NCBI RefSeq assembly: GCF_000281045.1
Contig: NW_008246095.1
Span: 502,526 to 566,525 of the forward strand
Origin: Saprolegnia diclina VS20
Lineage: Eukaryota
Length of the DNA stretch: 64,000 nt
Reading direction: 5' to 3'
This document shows positions 23,301-31,113 of the stretch, piece after piece. The translations under genes and the position numbers were made by a program. Within the stretch, counting starts at the first letter, position 1; every line of letters begins with the position of its first letter. The notes beneath the pieces are model-generated. The model saw nothing but the letters and a program-made list of their open reading frames with translations, was not told the DNA's origin and made no database searches.

Positions 23301-26300
23301 TCAAGAGCGCGTGCAGCCAGTTGCGGCTGCCCGAGACAAGGCGCGCGAGCGCACCAACATGCGCCACCGCGTCAGTAGCCTCGGTGACGGTCTTGGTCAC
23401 GATCTTCTCGGCGCGGGTCCAGCCCTCGACCGCAACATACGCGGCCGATGCCGTCGGCACCTTGGGGAAGTTCTTGGCCACCATCGACTCGACGACGCCG
23501 TTGCTCATGCCGTACAGGATGTCGCCGACGGGCTCGTTCGCCTTGGTGATGTGGTGCACGGCGACGGGGCCCTGGAGGATCATGACGCGCCCGGCATCCT
23601 GGTCGACCACCGCTTCGAGGTCTTCCGAGTACCACAGCGAGTCCTTCTTAAACCACGTGACGAGCTCGCCGTCAATGACCGGGATAAAATTGACCGGCTT
23701 GCCGCCAAACTTGCACAGATGCAAAAAGAAATCGACATCGTCGATCGAGAGAAGCGACGACGCCGACGCCGGGTACGCCTGTTGGAACGCGACGAGGAGC
23801 GCGGACGGGTTGCTCTGGAGCTGGCTCGCGCTCTGCACCACGAGCTTGGACGACGTCGTGGCGCGGCCGAGGAACCGCTGCTCCGCACGCTGCAAGAACG
23901 AAAACACGCGCGTCATGAACGTCACGTCGATCCAGCGCGACGGCACGTACATGAGGCTCATCATGCGCTGGAGCACCTCCAGGTACGTCATGCTCTCAAG
24001 GTCGACGACGTCGCCGTTGGCCTTGCGACCAAAGTACGGCTTTTGAAAGTCGGCGTTGATGCGCGCAATGATCGCCGCCTTGTCCGCCAAGATGGCCTGC
24101 GTCGCGTCCTTCATCGGGAGGCTAAAGTACTTGCGGTCAAAGTCGCGCCAGCACACTGCGCCGCGGTTCTCAATCTTGTGGATCGGCTCGCCGAGCTCCG
24201 ACTTGAGCGTGATGACGCCGCCCGCCGAGCCTTCGTAGGCCACTTCCCAGTCGGCTTCATTCGCAATGCCGGGCGTCGCAACAAGAAGCGCCTTGACCGC
24301 TTCGGCCGTCGCGGCCTCCTTGGCCACCATGACGCGCGACGCGACAAGGATACCGTCGCAGGGCATCTTGACATCGGCAAACTCGACGCTCCAGTCGCCC
24401 GTGAGGTACGGGTACGACTGCGCCGCCGACCCAAAGCCCGAGCCAACGATCAGAAGCACGTTGGGATGGCGGCGGATCTCGGCGTACGTCGCGAGCAGCG
24501 GCGTGTGAAAGTCCTCAAAACTGTGGTGGCCACCTGCACGGCCGCCGGTCCACTGCACGACAATCGTCGCCGCCGGGTGGCGCGCCGCGATCGTGAGCAC
24601 CTCGCGGATCGACGCGATCGAGCTCGGCTTGAAGCTAACGACCTTGATGTCCACCGAGAGGAGCTCGTGGAGCACAATGTCGGCCTTCTCGGGCGTCGGA
24701 ATACCCGCGGCAACCGTCACGCCTTCGATCGGGAGGCCTTCGAGACGCATCTTCTTGATCATCGGAAACTGGAAAGCCCATTGCTTCGCGTTCAAGTAGA
24801 GCAAGTTGAGGTAGATGCCGTTGCCGGGCGTGAGGCGCGCGACAAGGTCGTTCACCTTGGCCTCGAAGATCGTTGGGCGCGGAAGACCGCCGCACGCGAG
24901 CTCGCCAATGTAGCCGCTCTCGAGCGCCGCGGCCACGAGCGGCACGCCGTTGTAGCTCGTCGTCGGCGTCATGCCACCAATCCAAATCGGCTGGCGACCA
25001 AGGCGGTCCGTGTACGCGTTCTGCAGAATCGTCTTGCCCGAGTCGGAGGTAGCGAGGCGCGGGCCAAACGTGGCTTCCCACGACGACCGCAGAAGGGCCG
25101 ACGCCGGCGTCGCAAGGTACGCGAGACCCGGCACGGTCGCCGACCCCTTGTGTGCATGCGTCGGCAGCAGCACGGTCACGCCATGGCCTTCCAAGAAGGG
25201 CGCGGTCAGCGGTGCAGCACCACGCGACGGCCCAAAGTCGAGCACATGCGTGAGGTTACCAATCCGCTGGAGCGCAGACACGGTCGTTGGCCACAAGGCA
25301 GCGTCCGAGAGCTGCATCGCGACCACGTCCGGGAGCACGTCCTTGGCGCCGTACGACTGCAAGTTGGCGGCCGCCGCGTTCGTACCAATGACGGGAAACT
25401 GCAGCGCATCACCAGGAATCGCGAGCTCGAGGCGGTTGAGCTCCTGCTGAATGAGCGCCTGCGCCGGCGTCAGAATCGTGTTGTGGAACGCGACCGAGAC
25501 AGCCAGCGGAATGGTCGAGATCTGCGGCTTGCGCTGCGAGAACGGGACGCGGTTCTGCGCATCGTCGCCCGCGCTCATCTTGTTGAGCGCCGCTTGGAGC
25601 AGCGCCAGCGCGTCCGGGTGGCCCGTCACGACGATCTTGGTCTTGTCGTTCACGAGCGAGAGCTGGAGCGCGCGTGCGTCCTTCAAGCGCAGCTTGGCGT
25701 TCGTGCCGTCGACAATCGGCTGCAGCTTCTCGACCGGGAGGCCACGCACGAGGAGCATCGGCGAGACGTCGCCGGCGTTCGAGACGTTGCCAAACGTCGC
25801 TTGCGCATGCACACCGTGAAGGAACATGTAGCGCACAAACTGAAGGCCAAGCGACAGAAGCGACTCGTGCGTCTTGGCCGCCGCGACAAGCACGGACGTC
25901 ACGACGCCCTGTGAGTGGCCCGTCCCTGCGACGATCTTGGGCACAAACTGCTCGTGCGTCACGTGCGCAGCTTCAAGGAACGCGAGGTAGTTGGCAAACT
26001 GCGCGAGCATGATAAGCGGGTAGCTGTTGGTCGCCGATGCGAGCGCCGCCGCGGACGGGCGCGTCGTCGCGTCCGTCGCCCACAAGAACGGATGGATCGT
26101 GATGCCAAACGGCTTGGCCTCTTCGACAAGCGCAGCCTGCGCGGCTTCGATAAAGGATGCAGCCGCCGGCGACTTTTCGAGGAGGAGCGCGAGCTCGTCA
26201 ATGTAGACGTTGGCCTGGCCGCCAAAGGTCACGGCGAGCCGCGTCGCCGGCGAGGTCACGAGGGCCGGCGGCGTCATGGAGCTGGTCGAGGTCGAGGTCG

Positions 26301-26322
26301 AGGTAGTCGTCGTCGAAGCCAT
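14329..26322 (-). CDS. FAS: single-chain fungal-type type I fatty acid synthase (AT-ER-DH-MPT-ACP-ACP-KR-KS-PPT), 3997 aa, intronless
   Basis: AT GHSQG; ER GMTPTT and GGRAGGHHSFED; DH DLNPIH/MHGMW; MPT FTGQGS and GHSLGEY; two ACPs GKSAAQNE / GKSAVQNE; KR ALVTGCG and SPNHGTMGGDGLYAEAK; KS TPVGACAT, SFHGTGT, GHPKGAA; PPT GIDVE and GRWAAKEA. Confidence 0.97.
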   Translation of the reverse strand: MASTTTTSTSTSTSSMTPPALVTSPATRLAVTFGGQANVYIDELALLLEKSPAAASFIEAAQAALVEEAKPFGITIHPFLWATDATTRPSAAALASATNSYPLIMLAQFANYLAFLEAAHVTHEQFVPKIVAGTGHSQGVVTSVLVAAAKTHESLLSLGLQFVRYMFLHGVHAQATFGNVSNAGDVSPMLLVRGLPVEKLQPIVDGTNAKLRLKDARALQLSLVNDKTKIVVTGHPDALALLQAALNKMSAGDDAQNRVPFSQRKPQISTIPLAVSVAFHNTILTPAQALIQQELNRLELAIPGDALQFPVIGTNAAAANLQSYGAKDVLPDVVAMQLSDAALWPTTVSALQRIGNLTHVLDFGPSRGAAPLTAPFLEGHGVTVLLPTHAHKGSATVPGLAYLATPASALLRSSWEATFGPRLATSDSGKTILQNAYTDRLGRQPIWIGGMTPTTSYNGVPLVAAALESGYIGELACGGLPRPTIFEAKVNDLVARLTPGNGIYLNLLYLNAKQWAFQFPMIKKMRLEGLPIEGVTVAAGIPTPEKADIVLHELLSVDIKVVSFKPSSIASIREVLTIAARHPAATIVVQWTGGRAGGHHSFEDFHTPLLATYAEIRRHPNVLLIVGSGFGSAAQSYPYLTGDWSVEFADVKMPCDGILVASRVMVAKEAATAEAVKALLVATPGIANEADWEVAYEGSAGGVITLKSELGEPIHKIENRGAVCWRDFDRKYFSLPMKDATQAILADKAAIIARINADFQKPYFGRKANGDVVDLESMTYLEVLQRMMSLMYVPSRWIDVTFMTRVFSFLQRAEQRFLGRATTSSKLVVQSASQLQSNPSALLVAFQQAYPASASSLLSIDDVDFFLHLCKFGGKPVNFIPVIDGELVTWFKKDSLWYSEDLEAVVDQDAGRVMILQGPVAVHHITKANEPVGDILYGMSNGVVESMVAKNFPKVPTASAAYVAVEGWTRAEKIVTKTVTEATDAVAHVGALARLVSGSRNWLHALLTADHVVSSGKWVANSIAAILAPKIGQIVELELASDAPVALRIRDKAVLESAPVVEVSFAAGVITLRVNLLRPSTREWKATVVSLDRVYDYKPSIAISPIHLRTTVCEDNIKAFYAQHWLGNSLDDCTAALGQSIHATHKASFTVTASDIADYNASLGLVGATAPVDFSTVAGWQPLIASVFASEIQGDLLRLVHLSHAYDVVTKGDAVFCTGDVVASTGYVTAMRNTPSGKVVTGVVAVAVNGADFVRVTSEFLIRGKFEDHAHTFEKKPLMGNVHLADKASIAVLTDKSWFKLSEGKSLRRGDTLRFDLHASYVFADGMAWLASLDVQGKVFGGPALNEVVGSVYLVQTGVAKDPIAAYLDRAGVSAAVPTKTAANLLETPLAIHVPTHALAYAQASRDLNPIHRCGYAAALAGLPKSAPIMHGMWTATKVRNMLMESLEAQFQVTKLTSYHAEFTGMVANDDELFLQVTQTGVSKGQLLLAINVANLRGEAVLGATASVPMPLTAFVFTGQGSAEVGMGMQAYASSRVVKEVWDAGDKHLMAKFGFSILDIVRTNPKSITIHFGGKKGMAIRQNYMALVCEKGNDVVPLIPEITQHTQSFTFSAPTGLLFATQFSQPALVLMEKATYTEAKANGVIAEGCYFAGHSLGEYAALSSFADVLATADLAEVVFLRGMVMQNAVERDANGLSDYGMVAANPARVGSRAFDETTLFTLLDVIEAASGELCQVVNYNVQDTQYVVAGELVNLEVLSRLMTRIREQPTIYQAVGAEALVAETLALVRAQKELSLAKGKPFGLKRGTATIPLVGIDVPFHSKKLLGGVPAFRNLLRPKLKKEILFRNKALLEHHYVPNLVAKPFACTKEYVAEIVALTGSPSLTPILANWGATPEDELVHTLVIELLAYQFASPVQWIQTQAYFFENGLRRFVEIGPSSTLTGMAAKTLQSGKFPSAKCDILFIGKDRDVIYYETESEHPSAVEYASAQASARAAAAAPTSDDVAVVEDVEEVKAAPVVVAAPVVVAAPAPVAAAPAAAVSDAPISVNHVLRVFLAYRFKKTLSEIDDNTTIHALAAGKSAAQNEVVGELEKEFGGGVDRVPELPLSVLATSFKAYSAFGAVFGALTTDYVRKQMPGGFNLSQVKAYLGSEFGLGAGRTDSVLMHSLLFPPASRHANEAAAKSWLDTIVADYAKFAGVSIAKGGSAPAGGAGMMMMPSMGAPVALDPVPEADITAAYALKVFLAHKFKKSLAEISDAVSVHDLAAGKSAVQNEVVAEMEVEFGGAVDGVAEMKLGDLAPKLASYNKPGKYFTTTVSKMLSAKLPGGFSASQLRSFMATERLLGPSRTEIALIHALVHVPEARFGTDADAKAWINKVVDDYATVAGVSIPYASKAGGAVGGGGMMAMMGGGGVSSAALTALEGKMETMLHDQISAFQTFMSFDPLDSLKKTTAEDVARRELEAALDLWVSEMGETYEKGIQPKFDANKVRVYDSSWNWVMQDALDFYYKSLLAPKDATPSASAPQSFDRDTFFAEMSAFFNTDAAQLAKIGEPQGWFKPFLCNRATPELLAATEFFASRNDADGHSEYAQAIALLNEEVEKWLARDPVHLQLLQPIQPQVVIEANGHIAYTEVPRGNTSVDYVDELARGFSYRVEGDRLASPLGGGHATVNVVRGLEMADLTEDGGVHSDPNSVCSEPVKKKRYAKRGSRIAGAKLRGLQAVSRKTKKAKTSAATTVLPYVHVRKPDHVDPTNRVLDEALTREFLLSMHDIASAGVSFVGKNALVTGCGKDSIAIEVVKALLEGGATVICTTSSFSARSTKLFRSVYENHGSRGSRLILLPFNQASAKDVAALIGHVYHVLHLDLDFIIPFGAISVVGPTLADIDSKSELAHRIMLTNTYRLLGQIIEAKRAGKIETRPCLALLPLSPNHGTMGGDGLYAEAKLGLEALMNKWHSEGWEDYMSIGGAVIGWTRGTGLMAGNNMVSAGIEKLGVRTFSTTEMAFNLTSILHPRMVAAAAKSPLWVDLGGAMGQLHDLKVQTDTIRASILEESALRKAAVNDRALDAASSKAAETPVQPRANMYEYFAKFPSLPAASELAPLGANYRGMIDLDKTVVVVGFGEVGPWGNSRTRWEMESYGVFSIEGCIELAWLLGYIAYFNGTLKNGEHYIGWVDASTKDPVHDTQVKALYEEKMLEHAGIRVIEPALFEGYDPAKKMFLQQVAVDKNMRPIEVASQEEALEFQRELGDDNVDVYEGKDGVWMIRLRQGAVLSIPKALRFNRFVAGQIPTGWDAKRLGIPADIADAVDPVTLFTLVSTAEALICAGITDPYEFYQYVHVSAVGNTSGSGMGGMRSLKRIYHERALAKNIPSDSLQECFINTMAAWVNMLLLSSSGPIKTPVGACATAAESVDIGVETILSGKARVIIVGGYDDFGEEGSYEFAQMKATSDAVKETSMGRDPREMCRPCTDTRGGFMEAQGAGIQVLMDATLAIEMGVPIYGIVGATNTATDKNGRSVPSPGQGILTTAREFTVGDDGRMASALLNPAFRRAQFDDEVEAINAWKTKQLAAIAAGKQTLYAADVVERMALKKLKAAQRMWGHDFFKGETSIAPLRGALNAWGLTVDDLGVTSFHGTGTNANDKNESEITQKQLEHLGRTPGNPIMVVCQKYLTGHPKGAAAAWMFNGLLQVMQSGLVPGNANNDNTAPELQKFDLLVYPNRSIQTDGVKAAMLKSFGFGQAGGEVLLIHPNYLLAALEPETYAAYSVKRAKRTAGLHNYYQNVLANKHALVQVKDHAPYTAENESAVYLNPNARASYNPKEKTWTFGDVSSQVDAAVETGVAPPPTSGPVVAPKKMLESSMASAGSQLIMSAGQGLGIDVEPIATFADFALKQTFLARNFTPAEIAYCEASAAPAASFAGRWAAKEAVVKAICNANPNAQLTAGPEAPLIDIEIGKSVSGAPTVSFAGRALAAFQVSNLSSVKLSISHSGDYAVAQALVL

Positions 26323-26372
26323 GGGTGTGTCTTGTCAGCGTCCGTGGTCAGGGGGCGCGCGCTAGACGAAGG

Positions 26373-26388
26373 AAATTGTAAAGTAAGT
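26373..26388 (-). promoter_or_regulatory. Inr/FPR-like core promoter of FAS, with upstream CCAAT boxes (~26453, 26734, 26762, 26951, 27057)
   Basis: Minus strand reads CTTACTTTACAATTT about 50 nt upstream of the FAS ATG; several CCAAT/ATTGG copies further upstream. Confidence 0.45.
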
Positions 26389-28549
26389 GCCACCACCCGG
26401 AGTCCGTTCGCAGGATTTCCGACGCCCCCGGGAAGTCGGACGCCGGCCTCTGATTGGCCCACATACAAACGCCAAGTGCAAGACGAGACGCTCCCCGTGC
26501 ACCGCGTCCAAACCTCTCTCTTTTAATATATGAGCGCGATCGTGTGTACACAGGTATGCTTTATAAGAGGTCTAAGGAGCAGGGTTTTGTATAATGACGC
26601 GATCGAAACGCAGTGTTTATACGTTGTGAGAGGTCCTCTCCTGCAGCACGATTACGAAGGCTTGGGGAGGGCTAGGGTGTTGATGCATCGCGTGGTGGTC
26701 ATCGGTGAGGTTGCGATGACTTCAAAAAAGTGACCAATCACAAGACCGCATCTCTTTAGCGCCAATCACATCGCGCGGTGAAATCGAAGCGCACCGTCTG
26801 ACGCGGGCGTCTGTCTCGCAAACGTACGATGTACGGTGTATTTGAGCTCGATGTTTGTATGATGATGTACGTACTGTATTGGACGAGCCGGTCGCGCGGC
26901 GTCCCATGGATACGACCACCGAGAAAGCCGCCAAGATTCTGGCGGACGCTATTGGTAATCACATGGCGGGGATGGGCAGCTGGATGACATGGAGAATGTA
27001 TACGGAGCGACCTGCCCCCAAGAGGAGGAGGGACACCGATTACGTGCGATTGTCTAATTGGCCAACGTATAGGTAAACCACCGCGCGACGTGGGCCGTGC
27101 CCGCTCATGACGCCGATGGGGCAACGTGTGGCTGGAATCTTTCCACGAATCTGGTCGTGTCGTCATTGGGCACGAAACGAATGCGGTCTTCAGACACGAT
27201 TCGATAGAGTATGTGTGTCCACGGGGGTTTCGGCGTCGGGTCTACGTGGAGTGTTGGTTCATGCCCACGGAACGCCGTGTTGATAGGACCCAAGAGAACT
27301 GCGATGCATCGGACACGGCCATCGGGAGGTGGCACCATGACGCGATGCATCGCTGGAGGATCGACCTTCTCATCGTTCAACGTACGAGATACCTGAGAAG
27401 GATGCTTGCGTCGCACACCACGAGATCTTTCAGAGCACGGGCGTCGATGATGTAGGAAGCAGCGTCATGCACTTGCTCTCAAGAGCGTCATGGGTCAGCG
27501 GCTTCAACATCGTCGCGCACCTTGGAGAGCGCATTTGTCGATTGTCAAAGATACTCGCAAGCGACGAGCTCCAATGGATGTTTAAAGTGTCGTAGCATCG
27601 ACCACAATGTTTTGTAGCAGGTCCATGCAGCCACTCGTATCGGCGAAGCCTTTGGCCGCTGAAGAGAGAGCATGCCGATAAGACGTTGAACTGGCCACAT
27701 ATATTCTTCTATATCGTTCACGACGATCCAGGCAGCTTGGTCGGGCATCATTCTCTTGCTAATTCGATGCCAACAACATCGATTCGCTCGTCCAGCCTTC
27801 GCACGTGGTTGCTGTTGCACAAGGACCTGCGATGGCAAGGCGAATCCTCAACCTGGATCGACTTGGAGGCTGTGCGTATGGCTCTGCGTAGCCACGGATC
27901 ATTGACCAAACAAACGACGCTTCCTGGAAGAAGTAGTGTTCCTTGGTCATTACGCTCACTGCAAACCAAATTACTTTTGGCGTGTTGGAGTCGCGGGGAC
28001 GTTGACCGAGGCGATTTGCTGCATGGATAAGGCGTGCCGTTGAATCCGAGGTTGACGTTCAACGCGACATAAGCCCTCAGCACGGACGTCCTACGCTATC
28101 CAGTCCCGGAACACCTTCTAGAGCATGCTTGGACAGAGCGAGTCATGCAACAACGGGGCATTCTTCAAGCATCGTCGCGCTTCCTTTAGCTGCCTCCGCA
28201 AGCTGCCTCCGTGTGGTCGTGTGTACGAATGCACAAAGCCACTCACAAGTACTAGGGCCTTGCGAGTACAAAGTACACTTAGTCGAAAGGCGATTAACTA
28301 ATTTTTATCGAAAGGTCGTCTCGGCAAGCGACGAAAGAGGCCACATCCTGGACAATCACCGCACGCTGTGACACGTCACCCACGTCAGAGGGTCGGACAA
28401 ATGCTCCTGCAATGCAGCTGCTTGCAGCAGAGGTCAAGGCCACGGAATCACCTCTGCAGTCATGCTTCTACCCTTGGTCTCTGCCGCAAGCAAACGTTCA
28501 CACATATTAGTTAGTTGCTGCCATCGACTGCGCTCGACTTCGGACGCGA

Positions 28550-31090
28550 CTAAATAGAAAAGCCGTGCGGCGCGGCTTTGGCCCCGTCTTTGAACTCGGG
28601 ATATAAATTAGTGGGCGCCTCGAGGAGGCGACAGACGCCGCTGCGCTGGTCGTCCGAGAGGAACCCAAGGAGCTTGCGCACGAGACGGTCGTCCGCCCCA
28701 AAGTCACTGCCAAACCACTTGCACGACAGCGGCAGCTGCAGCGACGAACTGCCCACGACGACGCGCGCCTGCCAGTACGACGACACGACGGCGTTGAGTT
28801 GGTCGTGCACGCATGTCGGTGCGTACACCACGACGACCTTGTCGTCACGGTGGCTGCACAGCGCCGCGCTGAGTCGAAAGTCGCGGCTGCTGCACGCGGC
28901 GGCCGTGTACGCGGACGGGTACGCGGCCTTCTGCGGCACAAAGTCGAGGTACGGGGCGTCCTCGACGGCACCGAGGCCACCGCGCAACATGACGTGCTCG
29001 AGCTCGGCGAGCGACAACATAAGCTTCTGGACGCCGACCTCGTACATGACTTGGTGCATGCACACGCTCGTGGGCGCGGGAATTGCGAGGTGCAGATGCA
29101 TGAGGAGCACTTGGTACACGTTCAAGTAGAACGCAAGCTTGTGCTCCGACGCCTCGAGAAGGCTCAAGTCCACGGACCGCAGCTCTTGTACTGCCAGCTG
29201 GAAGGCGAGCTTGTGCGCCCGCGTGCGCGCACTCCAGACGCGAGCGCCGGCAACAACGGCGGCCTCTGCCACGAGACACGGGTCGACCGAGACGGTTGTG
29301 GCAGCGTCGTGGGCAATCTTGCGCGAGTTGAGGACGAGGTACCCTTCGTACGTGAGCGCGTTGAACGGTGTCCACGCCGTCATCTGCAATGCTGCGGCGC
29401 AGGTGCGCAGCGGACTTCGGTCGCAGAGGTCTTCGATCGCGGCCTGCCACGAGAGCGGGTCGGGCACGTGCACGTAGAGCACTTCGGTCCACGTATGGAG
29501 TTCGAGCACGAAGAGGTCGTTGAGGTACCGACACGCGACGTGCGTCATGTGGCTCATCGGCACCTTTCGGAGCGGCGACGACGCGTACGTGCGGTAAAAC
29601 TGCAGCGACGATGACGTCAAGATGAGGTACTCTTGGCGCAAGCACGTGTCGCTCAGGATGCGGTACGCGCTGCCTTCCTTGCAGACGTTCATGCCCGCGC
29701 GGCGCCACGGCCAGAGGCTCACGCCGAGGGCCTTGTCCGAGTTGGCGGCCGCGAGCGTCATTGGACTCGGCGTCGTGAGCCAGTGGTAGAGCTCGGCCTT
29801 GGCGGCACCGGTGCCGCCGTACGCGATGCTCTGGAGCCGCCGACCCACCTCGAGCGCTTGGTCTTCGATTGCAGCGTATGCGTCCATGCGCGCCCGTGTC
29901 AGCAGCGGCGACGCGTCGTGGTTGACGGCAAAGATGGCCACGACGGCCTCGGACGGCAAGATGACCGTGTAGACCTTGGAGTCGGCGAGGCGCACGCGCA
30001 GCACATACGCAATGTGGCGAATGTCTTGCGTCGCATCAAAGTACTCGAGCCACATCCACAGGTCAAACTCGACGCCGGCAAACGACGTGCTCGTGTCGCG
30101 CACTGAGCAGCAATCAGCCGAGGTGGGCGCGACCATCGACGCTGCACCGCGTGCGACGTCCAGTGCAAAGCAGTACTCTTTGCTAATGTGCGCGACCTCG
30201 TGCGGCCGCGGCGTGTGCTCGTACATGCTGAGGCGCAGGGACATGTCGCCGAAAAAGTGCTGCAACCCAACGTCGTGGAGGCCCGGGAGGTTCACGAGGT
30301 TCCACGACGGCAAGTCGATGTACATGGTATGGAACTGGAACGAGTAGATCATATCGGTGCGGAAGACCTCGTCGCCAACGGGCGTGGCCTTGCGCGCCTT
30401 CTGGTCGGCCGGCGACTCGCCCCAGCTGTCCATGCCGAGCTTGGGCGGCACGTCGTTGATCGGCGTTGCCACGAGCTGATCGGCGCTCTGGTAAAGCGGT
30501 AGTGCGACGTGCGGAGACTCGACGTCGTCGCCAAACGAGAAGTGGAGCTTGCCGATGAGCGTCTTGACCGACGCAATGATCATGCCCGCCCACGCCTTGG
30601 TCCACATGCTGAGTACCATCGTGCGCGGCAGCTCGCCGGCGAGGTACACGGTGCCTTTGGGCTCACGCTTGAACTGACCTTGGACCATGACCCACACACG
30701 TCGTTGCTTGCCTTCAAAGAGCGGGTCCCAGCGCGGATCGCCGCGTGGGTCACGCAGCAAGACGTACGCCTTGCCGTGGAAGAGCGGCGTCTCGATCGGA
30801 ATGGGCAACTGCGTGTTAAAGTCGATCGACGACACTGGGTTGAGCGCATCGCGCAGCGTGAGCCCGCAACCAAAGTTGTTGTCGGAGTGTTGGCCATCGG
30901 CTGTCGGTTCCATACGGTTGTGGTCCGATGCGCTCGCAAGCTTGCTGCTCGTCGGTGGTCCGCCGTGCAGCTTGCGCACATGTCGTAGCCAGAGCGCGGC
31001 CACAAACATGATGGAGCCGACCATGCAAGTCGCCTGCGTCGTGCTCCAGAGAAGAGAGGGCACGAGGCCCATCGTGTCGGAGCTGCTCAT
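28550..31090 (-). CDS. N-terminal TM + DUF1769-like + PH-like + DUF547-like protein (intronless)
   Basis: IPIETPLFHGKAYVLLR...FEGKQRRVWVMVQGQFK (DUF1769-like); KEGS..EYLILTSSSLQFY..WQAAIE (PH-like); KLAFYLNVY..LSLAELEHVMLRG..DFRLSAAL..KWFGSDFG (DUF547-like). Confidence 0.75.
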   Translation of the reverse strand: MSSSDTMGLVPSLLWSTTQATCMVGSIMFVAALWLRHVRKLHGGPPTSSKLASASDHNRMEPTADGQHSDNNFGCGLTLRDALNPVSSIDFNTQLPIPIETPLFHGKAYVLLRDPRGDPRWDPLFEGKQRRVWVMVQGQFKREPKGTVYLAGELPRTMVLSMWTKAWAGMIIASVKTLIGKLHFSFGDDVESPHVALPLYQSADQLVATPINDVPPKLGMDSWGESPADQKARKATPVGDEVFRTDMIYSFQFHTMYIDLPSWNLVNLPGLHDVGLQHFFGDMSLRLSMYEHTPRPHEVAHISKEYCFALDVARGAASMVAPTSADCCSVRDTSTSFAGVEFDLWMWLEYFDATQDIRHIAYVLRVRLADSKVYTVILPSEAVVAIFAVNHDASPLLTRARMDAYAAIEDQALEVGRRLQSIAYGGTGAAKAELYHWLTTPSPMTLAAANSDKALGVSLWPWRRAGMNVCKEGSAYRILSDTCLRQEYLILTSSSLQFYRTYASSPLRKVPMSHMTHVACRYLNDLFVLELHTWTEVLYVHVPDPLSWQAAIEDLCDRSPLRTCAAALQMTAWTPFNALTYEGYLVLNSRKIAHDAATTVSVDPCLVAEAAVVAGARVWSARTRAHKLAFQLAVQELRSVDLSLLEASEHKLAFYLNVYQVLLMHLHLAIPAPTSVCMHQVMYEVGVQKLMLSLAELEHVMLRGGLGAVEDAPYLDFVPQKAAYPSAYTAAACSSRDFRLSAALCSHRDDKVVVVYAPTCVHDQLNAVVSSYWQARVVVGSSSLQLPLSCKWFGSDFGADDRLVRKLLGFLSDDQRSGVCRLLEAPTNLYPEFKDGAKAAPHGFSI

Positions 31091-31096
31091 GGTGAT

Positions 31097-31113
31097 TCGA
31101 ATTTGTGAATGAA
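31097..31113 (-). promoter_or_regulatory. oomycete Inr+FPR core promoter, CCAAT boxes at ~31163 and ~31199
   Basis: TTCATTCACAAATTCG on the minus strand just upstream of ATG 31090, which supports that start over the ORF-track start at 31123. Confidence 0.65.

Noticed and set aside
14344..25914. Very long plus-strand ORFs (1473 aa and 1843 aa) opposite FAS
   Set aside because: Antisense shadows of strongly GC3-biased codons; Arg/His/Val-rich with no motifs
26855..28371. Short ORFs upstream of FAS as genes or a transposon
   Set aside because: No recognisable motifs, terminal repeats or coding bias
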